Assembly: GCA_947066815.1 (NCBI GenBank) | Contig: CAMSZT010000011.1 | Location: 2,567 to 66,566, forward strand | DNA length: 64,000 nucleotides | Direction: 5' to 3' | From: an uncultured Lachnotalea sp. | GTDB taxonomy: Bacteria; Bacillota; Clostridia; Lachnospirales; Lachnospiraceae | Part shown: in pieces, positions 54,120-63,519 of the stretch | How positions within the stretch are numbered: the first letter of the stretch is position 1 | How the letters are laid out: each line of letters begins with the position of its first letter | Translations under genes and position numbers: made by a program | The notes under the pieces: model-generated | The model's database searches: none | Told to the model about the DNA's origin: nothing | Seen by the model: the letters and a program-made list of their open reading frames with translations, nothing else

Positions 54120-55461
54120 ATACAAAACGGATATCCGCATCCAGCCGCTTCTCCTCCCCGGCGAGGTCCGGCTCCGTGAGGACCAGCCGCATGGCCCAGG
54201 CCGGGACGGACACGTCCGTATAGTCCTCTTTCATGAACAAAAAGGCCACGTCATAATCCGGCCGCTTCGCCGGGTAGACCCCCTTCCCGTCGGTAAAATA
54301 CAAAAGCCCCTTGAGCCGCTTAAGCTCCCCCCGCTCCCGCAGGGCTTCCACATGGGCGAAGACCGGCCGGAAATCCGTGCCCCCTCCGCCCTTCACCTCG
54401 AACCGCTCCATAAAATCCGAAAGCCCGTCCGTGTCGGTGATCACTGCGTCTTCCTGCACCTGATCGTCACACTGGATCACGTGGATCCGCACCTTCTTAA
54501 AAAAGCTTTCTGTCTGGAATAAAATACCGCAGGTCTCCGAGAGAAAGGCTCTCACCAGCTCTCCGGAGCAGGACATGGAGGTGTCGACGGCAATGACGAA
54601 CTCCTGTATCTTTTTCGTCTCCTTAAACTCCTGCGGCTCGATCAGGGGCAGGTTCCCGTAAAGGCGCAGTCCGTAGCTGTAAAAGCCCTGGTCGAAAGAA
54701 TCCTCGTCGATGCGCATCTCCTCCCGCCACACCGAAAACTTCCGGAGAAATGCCCGGTAATCCTGCCGTCTTTTATTCCGGAGCTTCACCTGCTCCAAAA
54801 GTCCGCCTGGATCCTCGCCCCTCTCCCGCCCGAAGGTCTCCGCCTCCGTCTCCATCTTATCGGCAATGTCCTGCCAGCGTCTGTCAAGCTCCGAGACCGC
54901 CTCCGGCGGCCTCTCCCCGTCCTCCTTCGGCCAGAATCCATGGTCGTCCACCAAAAACAGCTCCGAGAGCCGTTCCTTCTGCTCCCCGGAAAGCTCCCAC
55001 TCATGGAGGACGTGGTAGACTCCCTCCGCCGTGAGCACCGAAAGCCGCCCCGAAAGCTCCTTATAAACCAGGGCCCGTTCCGGCGGCACGGCCTTTCGGA
55101 CACTCCGTTTCCCCAGATAGTCGATCATGGACTCCGCCGCAATATCACAGGCCAGGTGCCAGAGGTCCTCCCTCCTGGCCCCCCGCCTCGTCAGATGCCG
55201 GAACAGGCAGTGGAGCACCATGTGGAGATACAACCGGTTAAGGCCCGTCCTGTCCCTCTCAAACAACTCCGAAAGCCCGTAGGGCTCAAAATAGATCACA
55301 TAGCCGTCGGTGCCCGCCGTCCGCGCCTCCGTGTCCATCTGATACCGCAGACTGCTAAGGGCCAGGTCCAGAAACCGCATATTCAGATACAATTCATTGC
55401 GGGCGGTCCCCAGGATCTCTTTCCCGATCCCGTCCCACGTCTCAGACAATCTCCGCGACAT
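54118..55461 (-). CDS. vWA-like protein with N-terminal DUF2201-type putative metallopeptidase domain
   Basis: LYLHMVLHCLFRHL (HExxH-like position) in the N-domain. vWA MIDAS VIAVDTSMSCSG. Start set at MSRRLSETW (55461, preceded by ggagggagggg); the ORF-track start 55482 is possible. Confidence 0.8.
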   Translation of the reverse strand: MSRRLSETWDGIGKEILGTARNELYLNMRFLDLALSSLRYQMDTEARTAGTDGYVIYFEPYGLSELFERDRTGLNRLYLHMVLHCLFRHLTRRGARREDLWHLACDIAAESMIDYLGKRSVRKAVPPERALVYKELSGRLSVLTAEGVYHVLHEWELSGEQKERLSELFLVDDHGFWPKEDGERPPEAVSELDRRWQDIADKMETEAETFGRERGEDPGGLLEQVKLRNKRRQDYRAFLRKFSVWREEMRIDEDSFDQGFYSYGLRLYGNLPLIEPQEFKETKKIQEFVIAVDTSMSCSGELVRAFLSETCGILFQTESFFKKVRIHVIQCDDQVQEDAVITDTDGLSDFMERFEVKGGGGTDFRPVFAHVEALRERGELKRLKGLLYFTDGKGVYPAKRPDYDVAFLFMKEDYTDVSVPAWAMRLVLTEPDLAGEEKRLDADIRFV

Positions 55462-55539
55462 CGCCGAGTCCCCTCCCTCCATCTGACAGGTTTCCGCATT
55501 TTTCGCTTTCCCGAATATCCGGGAAGAAACTCTGTTTTC

Positions 55540-56253
55540 TTACTTCCTCTTCAAACGGTTCAGCGCTTCCTTCTCCTCCGGGGAGACCCTCCTGGACTCC
55601 CGGATCTTCTGGATGGCCTTGTTGTGGGTCCAGTCCGGGAGGCCCCCGGCTTCCTCGCTCTCCCTTTCCAAAAGCACCCTGGTCTTTTCCGGGAACTTCA
55701 CGTAGCAGACCGACACGGCCCAGGCCACGGCCATTTTCACATAATAGCCCTCATGGCAGACCTTCCGGTAAATCTCCAGCAGCCGGTCAATAAAATCCTC
55801 CGTGACGAAATGCTCCATCAGGGTCACCGCCGCAAAGCGGACCTCGTACTCCCTCTCGCTCTCCAGATATTTACAGACGTAGGCAAAGCATTCCTCCGGA
55901 TACTTTTTCATGAACTTCAGGGTGCTGTTGCCGCAGTCGCAGACCGCCCAGCTGTTGATCCGGGGCACCCAGGCGTCCAGCCGCCGAAACCGTTCCGCAA
56001 GGGACAGCTTCGCATAACCGATCACCATCCCCTGGAGCATCCGCTCCTCCTGATAAAAGCTGTCCCCGTCCGCCGCCTCCATCTCATTTAAAAACCCCTC
56101 CGCGTCCTCCTTCGCCAGCTCCCTCGCCAGTTCCCGCACCTTCGGGACCCGCACGCCGATGGTCTCGCCCGTCCCGGGCACCAATTTCTCGTTAAAAGCC
56201 TTAAAATCCTCATCCGTCAAGGCAAACAATTTCTTCCGCACGTCCTCGATCAT
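55540..56253 (-). CDS. DNA alkylation repair protein (HEAT-like repeat, AlkC/AlkD family)
   Basis: Typical N-terminus ...DFKAFNEKLVPGTGETIGVRVPKVRELARELAKED and WAVCD motif. Confidence 0.8.
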   Translation of the reverse strand: MIEDVRKKLFALTDEDFKAFNEKLVPGTGETIGVRVPKVRELARELAKEDAEGFLNEMEAADGDSFYQEERMLQGMVIGYAKLSLAERFRRLDAWVPRINSWAVCDCGNSTLKFMKKYPEECFAYVCKYLESEREYEVRFAAVTLMEHFVTEDFIDRLLEIYRKVCHEGYYVKMAVAWAVSVCYVKFPEKTRVLLERESEEAGGLPDWTHNKAIQKIRESRRVSPEEKEALNRLKRK

Positions 56254-56423
56254 CTTCCGTCCCTCCACACCACTTCCCAGGCAATTTTAAATTTCGCAAT
56301 TACCTGACGCTATTTCCTATTATGCCCTATTTGCGGCGGACTTGCAAGAAAATCCTGCCGGCATCTATGGAAGCGACGGAAAGAATGTGGTATACTTTCT
56401 CTAAATAACCGCCAGGAGGAGGC

Positions 56424-58037
56424 ATGCATATGGGAATGTTTTTAAACAGCAGCGCTCCGTTTCAAAATTACAAAAGCACGGCGGGTTCCGCCTTCTTCGT
56501 GGACAAGTCCCCGATGATCGGCGAGCTGATCCCTTTTCTCGGAACAGAACAGCGGTATTTCTGCATCACCAGGCCCAGACGTTTCGGCAAGAGCGTCATG
56601 GCCAACATGCTCGCCGCCTTTTTCCAGAAAACACCGGACGGAGCGGCCCTCTTCGGCCGCCTCGCCATTGCGAAAAACCGCCATTATCCGGAGCATTTAA
56701 ACCGCCACGACGTGATCTACATCGATTTCAGCCGCCTGCCAAGAGATTGTGACAGCTACGACCAGTACATCCACCGCATCCAGAACGGCATCAATCAAGA
56801 TCTGGCCGAGGCCTTCCCTGCGTCAAGGGTCGACGTGGATGGCTCCGTCTGGGACAACCTGCAGGCCGCATGCGACTACAAAAAGTCCCCCTTTCTCTTC
56901 GTCATGGACGAATGGGACGCCATCTTCCACAAAGACTTCATCACGGAAAAGGATCAGAAACGTTACTTGCAATTCCTGCGGGACCTGTTGAAAGGACAGC
57001 CTTACGTGGAGCTGGCCTACATGACCGGCGTCCTGCCCATCGCCAAATATTCCAGCGGCTCCGAATTAAACATGTTCGTGGAGTACGACATGGCCACCAA
57101 AGTGAAATTCAGCGAATACTTCGGCTTCTCTGACGCAGAAGTGGACCGCCTGTTCGAGACCTATCTGGAACAGACCCCAAATTCCAGGATCACCAGGGAA
57201 GAACTGGCCCTCTGGTACGACGGCTACCACACGGCGGCCGGTGAGCGGGTGTACAATCCCCGTTCCGTCGCCTGCGCCCTCACGGACAACCAGATCAGCA
57301 ATTACTGGACCAGCTCCGGCCCCTACGACGAGATCTTCTACTATGTCCGCAACAACGTCGAGGACGTCCGGGAAGACCTGGCCCTGATGGTAACCGGGGA
57401 GCCCGTGGAGATCAAGCTGCAGGGATACGCCGCCACCGCCCCGGAGCTTGAGACCAAAAACCAGATCTTCTCCGCCATGGTGGTTTACGGCCTCCTCACC
57501 TACGAGGACGGGGCCGTGTCCATTCCCAACCGGGAGCTGATGGACCGGTTCGACGAGCTGCTCCTGTCAAACAAAAGCCTCGGCTACGTTCATGCCCTGG
57601 CGAAGGAATCCGAGCGGATGCTTAAGGCGACCCTCTCCGGCGACACGGAAACCATGTGCCGGATCCTAAAATTTGCCCACGACACCGAATCGCCCATCCT
57701 CTCCTACAACAGCGAGGCCGAGCTGTCGGCCCTGGTCAATCTGGTCTACCTGGCCGCCAGAGACAAATACCGGGTGGAGCGGGAGGACAAGGCCGGGGAA
57801 GGCTACGTGGACTTTATCTTTTATCCGGAGCGAAAAGGTACAGACGCCCTGATCCTGGAACTGAAGGTCAACAGCACGCCGGATGAGGCCATCCGCCAGA
57901 TCAAAGAAAAAAATTATGCCCTGCGCTTAAAAGGGAAGCTGGGAGAAGCTCCCAAATATACCGGAAAGATCCTGGCAGTCGGCATCAGCTATGACAAAAA
58001 GACGAAGGAGCATGCCTGTAAAATAGAGGCGCTGTGA
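56424..58037 (+). CDS. AAA-ATPase-like protein with C-terminal PD-(D/E)XK nuclease-like domain (DUF1703/PDDEXK_9 architecture)
   Basis: FFVDKSPMIGEL...YFCITRPRRFGKSVMANMLAAFF N-domain. C-terminal EGYVDFIFYPE...LILELKV nuclease-like motif. Confidence 0.8.
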   Translation: MHMGMFLNSSAPFQNYKSTAGSAFFVDKSPMIGELIPFLGTEQRYFCITRPRRFGKSVMANMLAAFFQKTPDGAALFGRLAIAKNRHYPEHLNRHDVIYIDFSRLPRDCDSYDQYIHRIQNGINQDLAEAFPASRVDVDGSVWDNLQAACDYKKSPFLFVMDEWDAIFHKDFITEKDQKRYLQFLRDLLKGQPYVELAYMTGVLPIAKYSSGSELNMFVEYDMATKVKFSEYFGFSDAEVDRLFETYLEQTPNSRITREELALWYDGYHTAAGERVYNPRSVACALTDNQISNYWTSSGPYDEIFYYVRNNVEDVREDLALMVTGEPVEIKLQGYAATAPELETKNQIFSAMVVYGLLTYEDGAVSIPNRELMDRFDELLLSNKSLGYVHALAKESERMLKATLSGDTETMCRILKFAHDTESPILSYNSEAELSALVNLVYLAARDKYRVEREDKAGEGYVDFIFYPERKGTDALILELKVNSTPDEAIRQIKEKNYALRLKGKLGEAPKYTGKILAVGISYDKKTKEHACKIEAL

Positions 58038-58046
58038 AAACACTGG

Positions 58047-58075
58047 TTGACAAGCATACTTGGCAGATTTACAAT
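58047..58075 (+). promoter_or_regulatory. sigma-A promoter with overlapping direct-repeat operator
   Basis: TTGACA (58047-58052), 17 nt spacer, TACAAT (58070-58075). atacttggca occurs at 58056-58065 and again at 58089-58098. Confidence 0.6.
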
Positions 58076-58149
58076 GGAAACACCAAGTATACTTGGCAAT
58101 TTTGCAAGAAGGATTTTAGGGGCGGTCCCCTCTCTGGAAGGAGAAAACT

Positions 58150-58455
58150 ATGGAAAAGGAAGAAATCTTAAGAAGAAGCAGAAATGAAAAGAACGACGAA
58201 CTGGAAAAACAGGTCTGGAACATGTCCATGCGGTGGACTTATCTGGCAATGGTGGTGAGCGCCGCCGTCTTCTCCTACATCCGGGACATGAACGGCCAGC
58301 CCATGATGGATCTGTGCGCCACCGTGTGCATCTCCGTGTGCGCCGGGAGAGCCTACTGCTATGCAAAAACAAAAGAAAGCTTCCATCTGATCATGGCGCT
58401 TGTCACCTTCGCCATCGCCATTTTCGCCGCCGTCCGGTTCTTTATGGGGCACTGA
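58150..58455 (+). CDS. small 3-TM membrane protein paired with an XRE regulator
   Basis: 101 aa with an N-terminal charged region and three hydrophobic segments. Followed by an HTH gene. Confidence 0.65.
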   Translation: MEKEEILRRSRNEKNDELEKQVWNMSMRWTYLAMVVSAAVFSYIRDMNGQPMMDLCATVCISVCAGRAYCYAKTKESFHLIMALVTFAIAIFAAVRFFMGH

Positions 58456-58542
58456 CCGAAGCCATGCAAAAAATATAGCAGACGACATAAATTTTTTGTC
58501 GTTTACTATAGAACCTGGACAATCAGATAAGGCGGTGACAGC

Positions 58543-58749
58543 GTGGACGACAAATTAGTATTAAAAAACAACCTGAAAAAAGCCCGGACAGAGAAGAAAC
58601 TCTCCCAGGCCCAGTTGGCCGAGCTGGTGGGCGTGTCCAGAAACACCATCAGCTCCATTGAGACCGGCCAGTTCAACCCGACGGCAAAACTGGCCCTGAT
58701 CCTCTGCATTGCCCTGGACAAAAAATTCGAAGAATTGTTTTATTTTTAA
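58543..58749 (+). CDS. XRE-family helix-turn-helix transcriptional regulator (68 aa)
   Basis: LSQAQLAELVGVSRNTISSIETGQFNPT. GTG start. Confidence 0.88.
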   Translation: MDDKLVLKNNLKKARTEKKLSQAQLAELVGVSRNTISSIETGQFNPTAKLALILCIALDKKFEELFYF

Positions 58750-58789
58750 CCGATTTTCGTCCACTTGAGAGGCAATTTCCGCTTGTTTT

Positions 58790-59263
58790 CTAATCGTTCC
58801 TGGAGCATTTCTCGGCGTCGACAGCCAGCACGAACATCAGAGCGCAAAGTGCGTCCTGGGGCCGGGCCACGTCGATCACATAGGTATCCGTCCAGTTAAA
58901 TACCTGTTTGGAAATTTCCGCCACTAAAAAACCATCCGGACCGACGATGGAATAATCCCACTCCAGAAAATTTCCCTCGATCTGCCAGCCATTACAGTCA
59001 ATGTGATATCTCGGTCGAAACAGAGCGAACTCCTTGCTGATACATCCCACGTAATCATCCCCAAGATACAGTTCAAATTTCGGCAGAAACGTGAGAACCC
59101 TCTCCTTTACCGTCCCGACCTCATATCCTTTTTCATCGTAGATTTTCAGACAATGCCCCCAGGACAACTGCCCCTTCACCACATAGAGGACATTCCCCTC
59201 CTCGCTATAGATATCATAGCTGTCAAACCAGGAAAAAAACCGTTGTTTAAACAATAACCTCAT
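58790..59263 (-). CDS. LURP-one-related (tubby C-terminal-like, DUF567) family protein
   Basis: MRLLFKQRFFSWFDSYDIYSEEGNVLYVVKGQLSW... typical of the family. Start at the internal Met (59263). Confidence 0.8.
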   Translation of the reverse strand: MRLLFKQRFFSWFDSYDIYSEEGNVLYVVKGQLSWGHCLKIYDEKGYEVGTVKERVLTFLPKFELYLGDDYVGCISKEFALFRPRYHIDCNGWQIEGNFLEWDYSIVGPDGFLVAEISKQVFNWTDTYVIDVARPQDALCALMFVLAVDAEKCSRND

Positions 59264-59520
59264 CCCAAATCCCCTTTCTTCTAAATTTCCGGTTGACACT
59301 CTGCCGGAAAACGGATATATTGATTGTAACAAAGGGAGTAGCTTGCACAGACGCTCTGTGTTTGCCTGGCCGTCAGTACGATTCCTCAAGAATCCGGCTT
59401 CGTGATGAAATAGCGAGACTTTGCTGTTATGAATAACGGCAGGATCTCGCTCTTTTTACGCTTTACCACAGCGGAGATTTTGCCAAAACAGGCATCTGCC
59501 GGAAAAAGGAGGAACTCATT

Positions 59521-60522
59521 ATGGAAATCGGATTACAGACATTATTATTGGCGGCGGGCTTCGCCCTGCTGGTAAAAGGCGCAGACTGGTTTGTGGACGG
59601 TGCCGCCGGGCTGGCAGAAAAATTCAGGATTCCGCAGCTCATCATCGGTCTCACCATTGTTGCCATGGGGACCAGTGCGCCGGAAGCCGCAGTCAGCATC
59701 TCGGCGGCATTGAAAGGAAATGCGGATATCACCATCGGAAATGTCATGGGAAGCAATATTTTAAACATCCTGATCATCCTGGGACTCTCCGCCGTAGTCA
59801 CTCCCCTGGCAGTTGAAGCTTCCACCATCAGGCGGGATCTTCCCTTCCTGCTCCTTGCAACCGCCCTGCTTTTTGCCCAGGGCTTAGACCAGACAATCGG
59901 CACTGCCGACGGGGCCTTGCTGATCCTCCTGTTCGCCGCATATCTTATCTGCCTTTTGGTTATGACAAAGCTCCGGCAAAACGCCGACATAGTGCGTCTC
60001 GCAGAATCCCGGCCAAAATCGCAACCCCCGCTGCCTATGGCAGGAAAGACAAGCAGAAATACCTCCCGTTCCCGGATTCAGAAATCATGGTCGTTTCTTC
60101 TCCTTCTCACCGCTGCCGGACTTTTCATGATCGTGGCCGGAAGCAGCGTGACCGTGGAAGCCGCCTCCTCTCTGGCCCGGATCTTCGGGATCAGCGAACG
60201 GTTCATCGGCCTCACCGTCGTGGCTCTGGGAACCTCCCTGCCGGAACTCTTCACCTCCGTGACGGCCGCCAGGAAAGGAAATGCGGACATCGCCATCGGA
60301 AATATCGTGGGCAGCAACATTTTCAATCTTCTCTTCGTCATCGGCGCCTCCGCCCTGGTGACCCCGGTGCCCTATGGAACGGACTTCCTGTCCGACAATC
60401 TGATTTCCGGGGCGGCGGCCCTTCTGCTTCTCGCCTGTTCTTTAAGAGAACGGAAGCTCCTGCGCCGCCATGGGCTCCTCATGCTATGCGGATACACTCT
60501 CTACTTCCTGACACTCCTTTAA
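59521..60522 (+). CDS. calcium/cation antiporter (CaCA, YrbG-like)
   Basis: Two alpha-repeats GTSAPEAAVSI...GNVMGSNILNIL and GTSLPELFTSV...GNIVGSNIFNLL. Confidence 0.9.
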   Translation: MEIGLQTLLLAAGFALLVKGADWFVDGAAGLAEKFRIPQLIIGLTIVAMGTSAPEAAVSISAALKGNADITIGNVMGSNILNILIILGLSAVVTPLAVEASTIRRDLPFLLLATALLFAQGLDQTIGTADGALLILLFAAYLICLLVMTKLRQNADIVRLAESRPKSQPPLPMAGKTSRNTSRSRIQKSWSFLLLLTAAGLFMIVAGSSVTVEAASSLARIFGISERFIGLTVVALGTSLPELFTSVTAARKGNADIAIGNIVGSNIFNLLFVIGASALVTPVPYGTDFLSDNLISGAAALLLLACSLRERKLLRRHGLLMLCGYTLYFLTLL

Positions 60523-60549
60523 AAACAGCTGCATTGCCCGGCCCGGGAC

Positions 60550-61800
60550 CTACAGCTCAAACACCTTCCGCCGACCGCTCCCCTGCTTCCTGTGACGGTA
60601 ATCCATCAAATAGCTTACAATTTCTGCCCGTCCCATGCGGCCTGCCATTTCCAGCAGCACATCCAGCGAGGCTTCGGAACCTGCCCCGGATCCGAAGCCT
60701 TTCCCATATTCGATGCCTTCCCCACATCCGGAGCCTTCTCCCGTCTCGCCGCCCTGTTCTGATTCCATTTCCCCAAGAACATGTTCCCCCATGGACGCCA
60801 TATAGAAATCTCCCGCCCCGTCAGCCACTATCCTCCGGCCCTCGTCATTGCCTCCCTTTTTACACCTTCTTTTCGCCTTGCCCTCAAAACCCCCCGCCTC
60901 GCAGACCAGGGAAATCGCCGGAAGGTCGTCCCTTTTCAGAAAATATTCCCCGGCCTCCTGGACATTGGCACTAAACCACTCCAGATACACTTTCCTCGCC
61001 TCACCGGAAAGCCCCTCTGGATACCGAAGCCGGTCGTAAGCCAGCCTCGCCAGCACCTCCGGCGGCTCCTGGCTCTCCGCCAGGCCAAACAAATCGTCAT
61101 AGGACCGGTAATCCAGGGATCCGTCCCGGAAACACTGGCGGTAACGGTAGCCCGTCCCCTGATAATGAAGCTCCAGAATCCGGGCGGGAATATTCTCCAC
61201 CGAGGATTCATAATACTCCGGCACCATGAGCGCCACCTCGTCCTCCCGGCGCCGGATGACGACCTCCATGGCATAGCGAAGCTCGGAGAGCATCTGGTAC
61301 AGCCCACGGCCCCCGGCGCCCGCCTCCAAACACTCCAGCCTGTCCACCCCGGAGCATCCCATAAAGGCGCCGCTCCCGATCCGTTCCAGCGAATCAGCAA
61401 ATGCAATCCCCTTTAGTTCCCTGCATCCGTAAAACGCATAATCCCCGATCACCCGCAGCGAGGCGGGCAGACGAACGGCCCGAAGACGGCTTCCCGCCAG
61501 AGCCCCCGCTCCCAGACTGCCCCCGTCAGGAACGCCTTCGTGAAAAACGCCGCTCCGAACTTCCCATTCTCCCGTCTGGGTTCGCCGTTTCTTCTCCTCA
61601 CCCACCCAAAATCTGCGGGGAAGCTCTGCCGACGAAAAGGCATAGGGGCCAATCTCCGTCACGGGAAGTCCCCCGATCTCCTCCGGAACCTCCAGGCATT
61701 CCGCCTCCCCCAAAGCCCGCAAAATGCGGACGCCTCCGGAAAGCTCCATATATTCCCATTCGATTCTCACTCCGCCAACCTCCCATCGCCTGGAATGCAC
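60550..61800 (-). CDS. BspA-type leucine-rich-repeat (LRR_5) protein
   Basis: IGPYAFSS..., IGDYAFYGCRELKGIAFADSLERIGSGAFMGCSGV. The true start may be the internal MELSGG. Confidence 0.7.
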   Translation of the reverse strand: MHSRRWEVGGVRIEWEYMELSGGVRILRALGEAECLEVPEEIGGLPVTEIGPYAFSSAELPRRFWVGEEKKRRTQTGEWEVRSGVFHEGVPDGGSLGAGALAGSRLRAVRLPASLRVIGDYAFYGCRELKGIAFADSLERIGSGAFMGCSGVDRLECLEAGAGGRGLYQMLSELRYAMEVVIRRREDEVALMVPEYYESSVENIPARILELHYQGTGYRYRQCFRDGSLDYRSYDDLFGLAESQEPPEVLARLAYDRLRYPEGLSGEARKVYLEWFSANVQEAGEYFLKRDDLPAISLVCEAGGFEGKAKRRCKKGGNDEGRRIVADGAGDFYMASMGEHVLGEMESEQGGETGEGSGCGEGIEYGKGFGSGAGSEASLDVLLEMAGRMGRAEIVSYLMDYRHRKQGSGRRKVFEL

Positions 61801-61804
61801 AGTC

Positions 61805-62368
61805 TTAAAACACGCCCAAGTGCTCCAGCAGGATTTTCGTTCCCATAAAAATCAAAATCACTCCCCCCGCAAGCTCCGCCTTCGACTTGTACCTGCTGCC
61901 AAACACGTTTCCCACCCGCACGCCCGCCGCCGACAGCACGAACGTCGTGGCCCCGATCAGCGCCACAGCCGGAAGAATATCCACCCGCAAGAACGCAAAA
62001 GTCACCCCCACCGCCAGGGCGTCGATGCTGGTGGCCACTGCCAGCAGGAGCATGGTCTTCACGTCAAAGGAGCAGTCCCCCTCCGCCTCGCCCGAAAAGG
62101 ATTCCTTAATCATGTTGACCCCGATGGCCCCCAGAAGGATGAAGGCGATCCAATGGTCAATGCTGGTGATCTTATCCTGAAAGCCGGTGCCCAGCAGATA
62201 CCCCGCCAGAGGCATGAGCATCTGAAAGCCCCCGAAATAAACTCCCGCCAGCCACGCATTTTTCCAGCACATCTTCTGCATGGACAATCCCTTGCAGACG
62301 GATACCGCAAATGCGTCCATGGAAAGCCCCACCGCAATGAAAAACAATTCCCAAACCGCCATAAGCAT
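61805..62368 (-). CDS. mntP: manganese efflux pump MntP
   Basis: [13 protein letters not shown] and [11 protein letters not shown] duplicated motifs. 187 aa. Confidence 0.92.
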   Translation of the reverse strand: MLMAVWELFFIAVGLSMDAFAVSVCKGLSMQKMCWKNAWLAGVYFGGFQMLMPLAGYLLGTGFQDKITSIDHWIAFILLGAIGVNMIKESFSGEAEGDCSFDVKTMLLLAVATSIDALAVGVTFAFLRVDILPAVALIGATTFVLSAAGVRVGNVFGSRYKSKAELAGGVILIFMGTKILLEHLGVF

Positions 62369-62467
62369 TCTCCTTTAGTCTCTCAAAACCTCTCTGCTTT
62401 ATCCTATGTCTCTCACGGAGAATAAAGACGCCCCTGTCTTTAGTCGTAAAAATAGAATCCTAATATG

Positions 62468-62600
62468 ATAAAAAAGACCTATCTGCACAAAAAACGTACA
62501 GATAAGTCTCATTATTTAAAACAAAGCCAGATAACCGCATCCCTGCGCATCAGCATGTTGACTTCGCTACGCCGAAAGGCGCCAACTACTCCCCTATCTG
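62468..62600 (-). promoter_or_regulatory. yybP-ykoY manganese riboswitch with terminator
   Basis: Minus strand GGGGAGTAG (complement of 62586-62594), TCAACATGC, GGCTTTGTT and GAGAC boxes. Terminator AGACTTATCTG..CAGATAGGTCT plus T6 at 62470-62510. Confidence 0.88.
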
Positions 62601-62605
62601 TGGGT

Positions 62606-62635
62606 ATTATAAGCGACCTCCCAGCGGTTTGTCAA
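62606..62635 (-). promoter_or_regulatory. sigma-A promoter of the Mn riboswitch/mntP
   Basis: TTGACA (62635-62630), 18 nt spacer, TATAAT (62611-62606) on the minus strand. Confidence 0.65.
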
Positions 62636-62730
62636 TCATAACCCGCCTGGGGATCCAATAACATCTTTACACCATGTCCAAATACCTGCTATAATAAATA
62701 AAATGTAACCAAACAGCGAGGTAATGACCT

Positions 62731-63492
62731 ATGGAATACGGCCTGATCGGAGAGAAGCTGGGACACAGCTACTCCAAACAGATACACGAAAAACTTGCAG
62801 ACTACACCTATGACCTCTGCCCCCTCACAAGAGAGGAGTTCCCTGTCTTTATGGAGCAGAAGGCGTTTAAGGCCGTCAACGTGACGATCCCCTACAAAAA
62901 AGACGTGATCCCTTACCTGGACGAGATGGACGAAAACGCCGCTGCCATCGGGGCCGTCAACACCATCGTCAACAAAGACGGACGCCTCGTGGGGCACAAC
63001 ACCGACTTTTCCGGCTTCGCCTACATGATGAAGGAGGCGGGGATAAGCGCCTCCGGGAAAAAAGTCCTGGTCCTCGGCACGGGTGGCGCCTCCGCCGCCA
63101 TCCTGGCGGTCCTCAAAAGACAGGGAGCGGCCAAGGTGATCTCCATCAGCCGCACCGGAAAGGGAGATGCCGTCACCTATGAGGAATGCATTTCCCTCCA
63201 CAGGGACGCCGCACTGATCGTCAACACCACCCCCGTGGGCATGTATCCCGCCGTGGACGCCTCCCCCCTGGACCTGGCGCCCTTCTCAGGCTGCGAGGCC
63301 GTACTGGACGTGATCTACAATCCCGGAGAGACCAGGCTGACCGCCCAGGCAAAGGCCCTCGGCATGAAAGGCGTCACCGGCCTCTCCATGCTGGTGGCCC
63401 AGGCGAAATACGCCTGCGAGTTTTTCCTGGACACTGCGCTGCCCGACGACCTGATCCCCAGGATCACAGAAGAGATCCGGGCCTCCCTCTGA
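62731..63492 (+). CDS. aroE: shikimate dehydrogenase
   Basis: YGLIGEKLGHSYSKQIH, NVTIPYKK, GAVNT, GHNTD and GTGGAS motifs. Confidence 0.88.
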   Translation: MEYGLIGEKLGHSYSKQIHEKLADYTYDLCPLTREEFPVFMEQKAFKAVNVTIPYKKDVIPYLDEMDENAAAIGAVNTIVNKDGRLVGHNTDFSGFAYMMKEAGISASGKKVLVLGTGGASAAILAVLKRQGAAKVISISRTGKGDAVTYEECISLHRDAALIVNTTPVGMYPAVDASPLDLAPFSGCEAVLDVIYNPGETRLTAQAKALGMKGVTGLSMLVAQAKYACEFFLDTALPDDLIPRITEEIRASL

Positions 63493-63519
63493 CCTTTGAA
63501 GTGCCAAAAGGAGAACACC

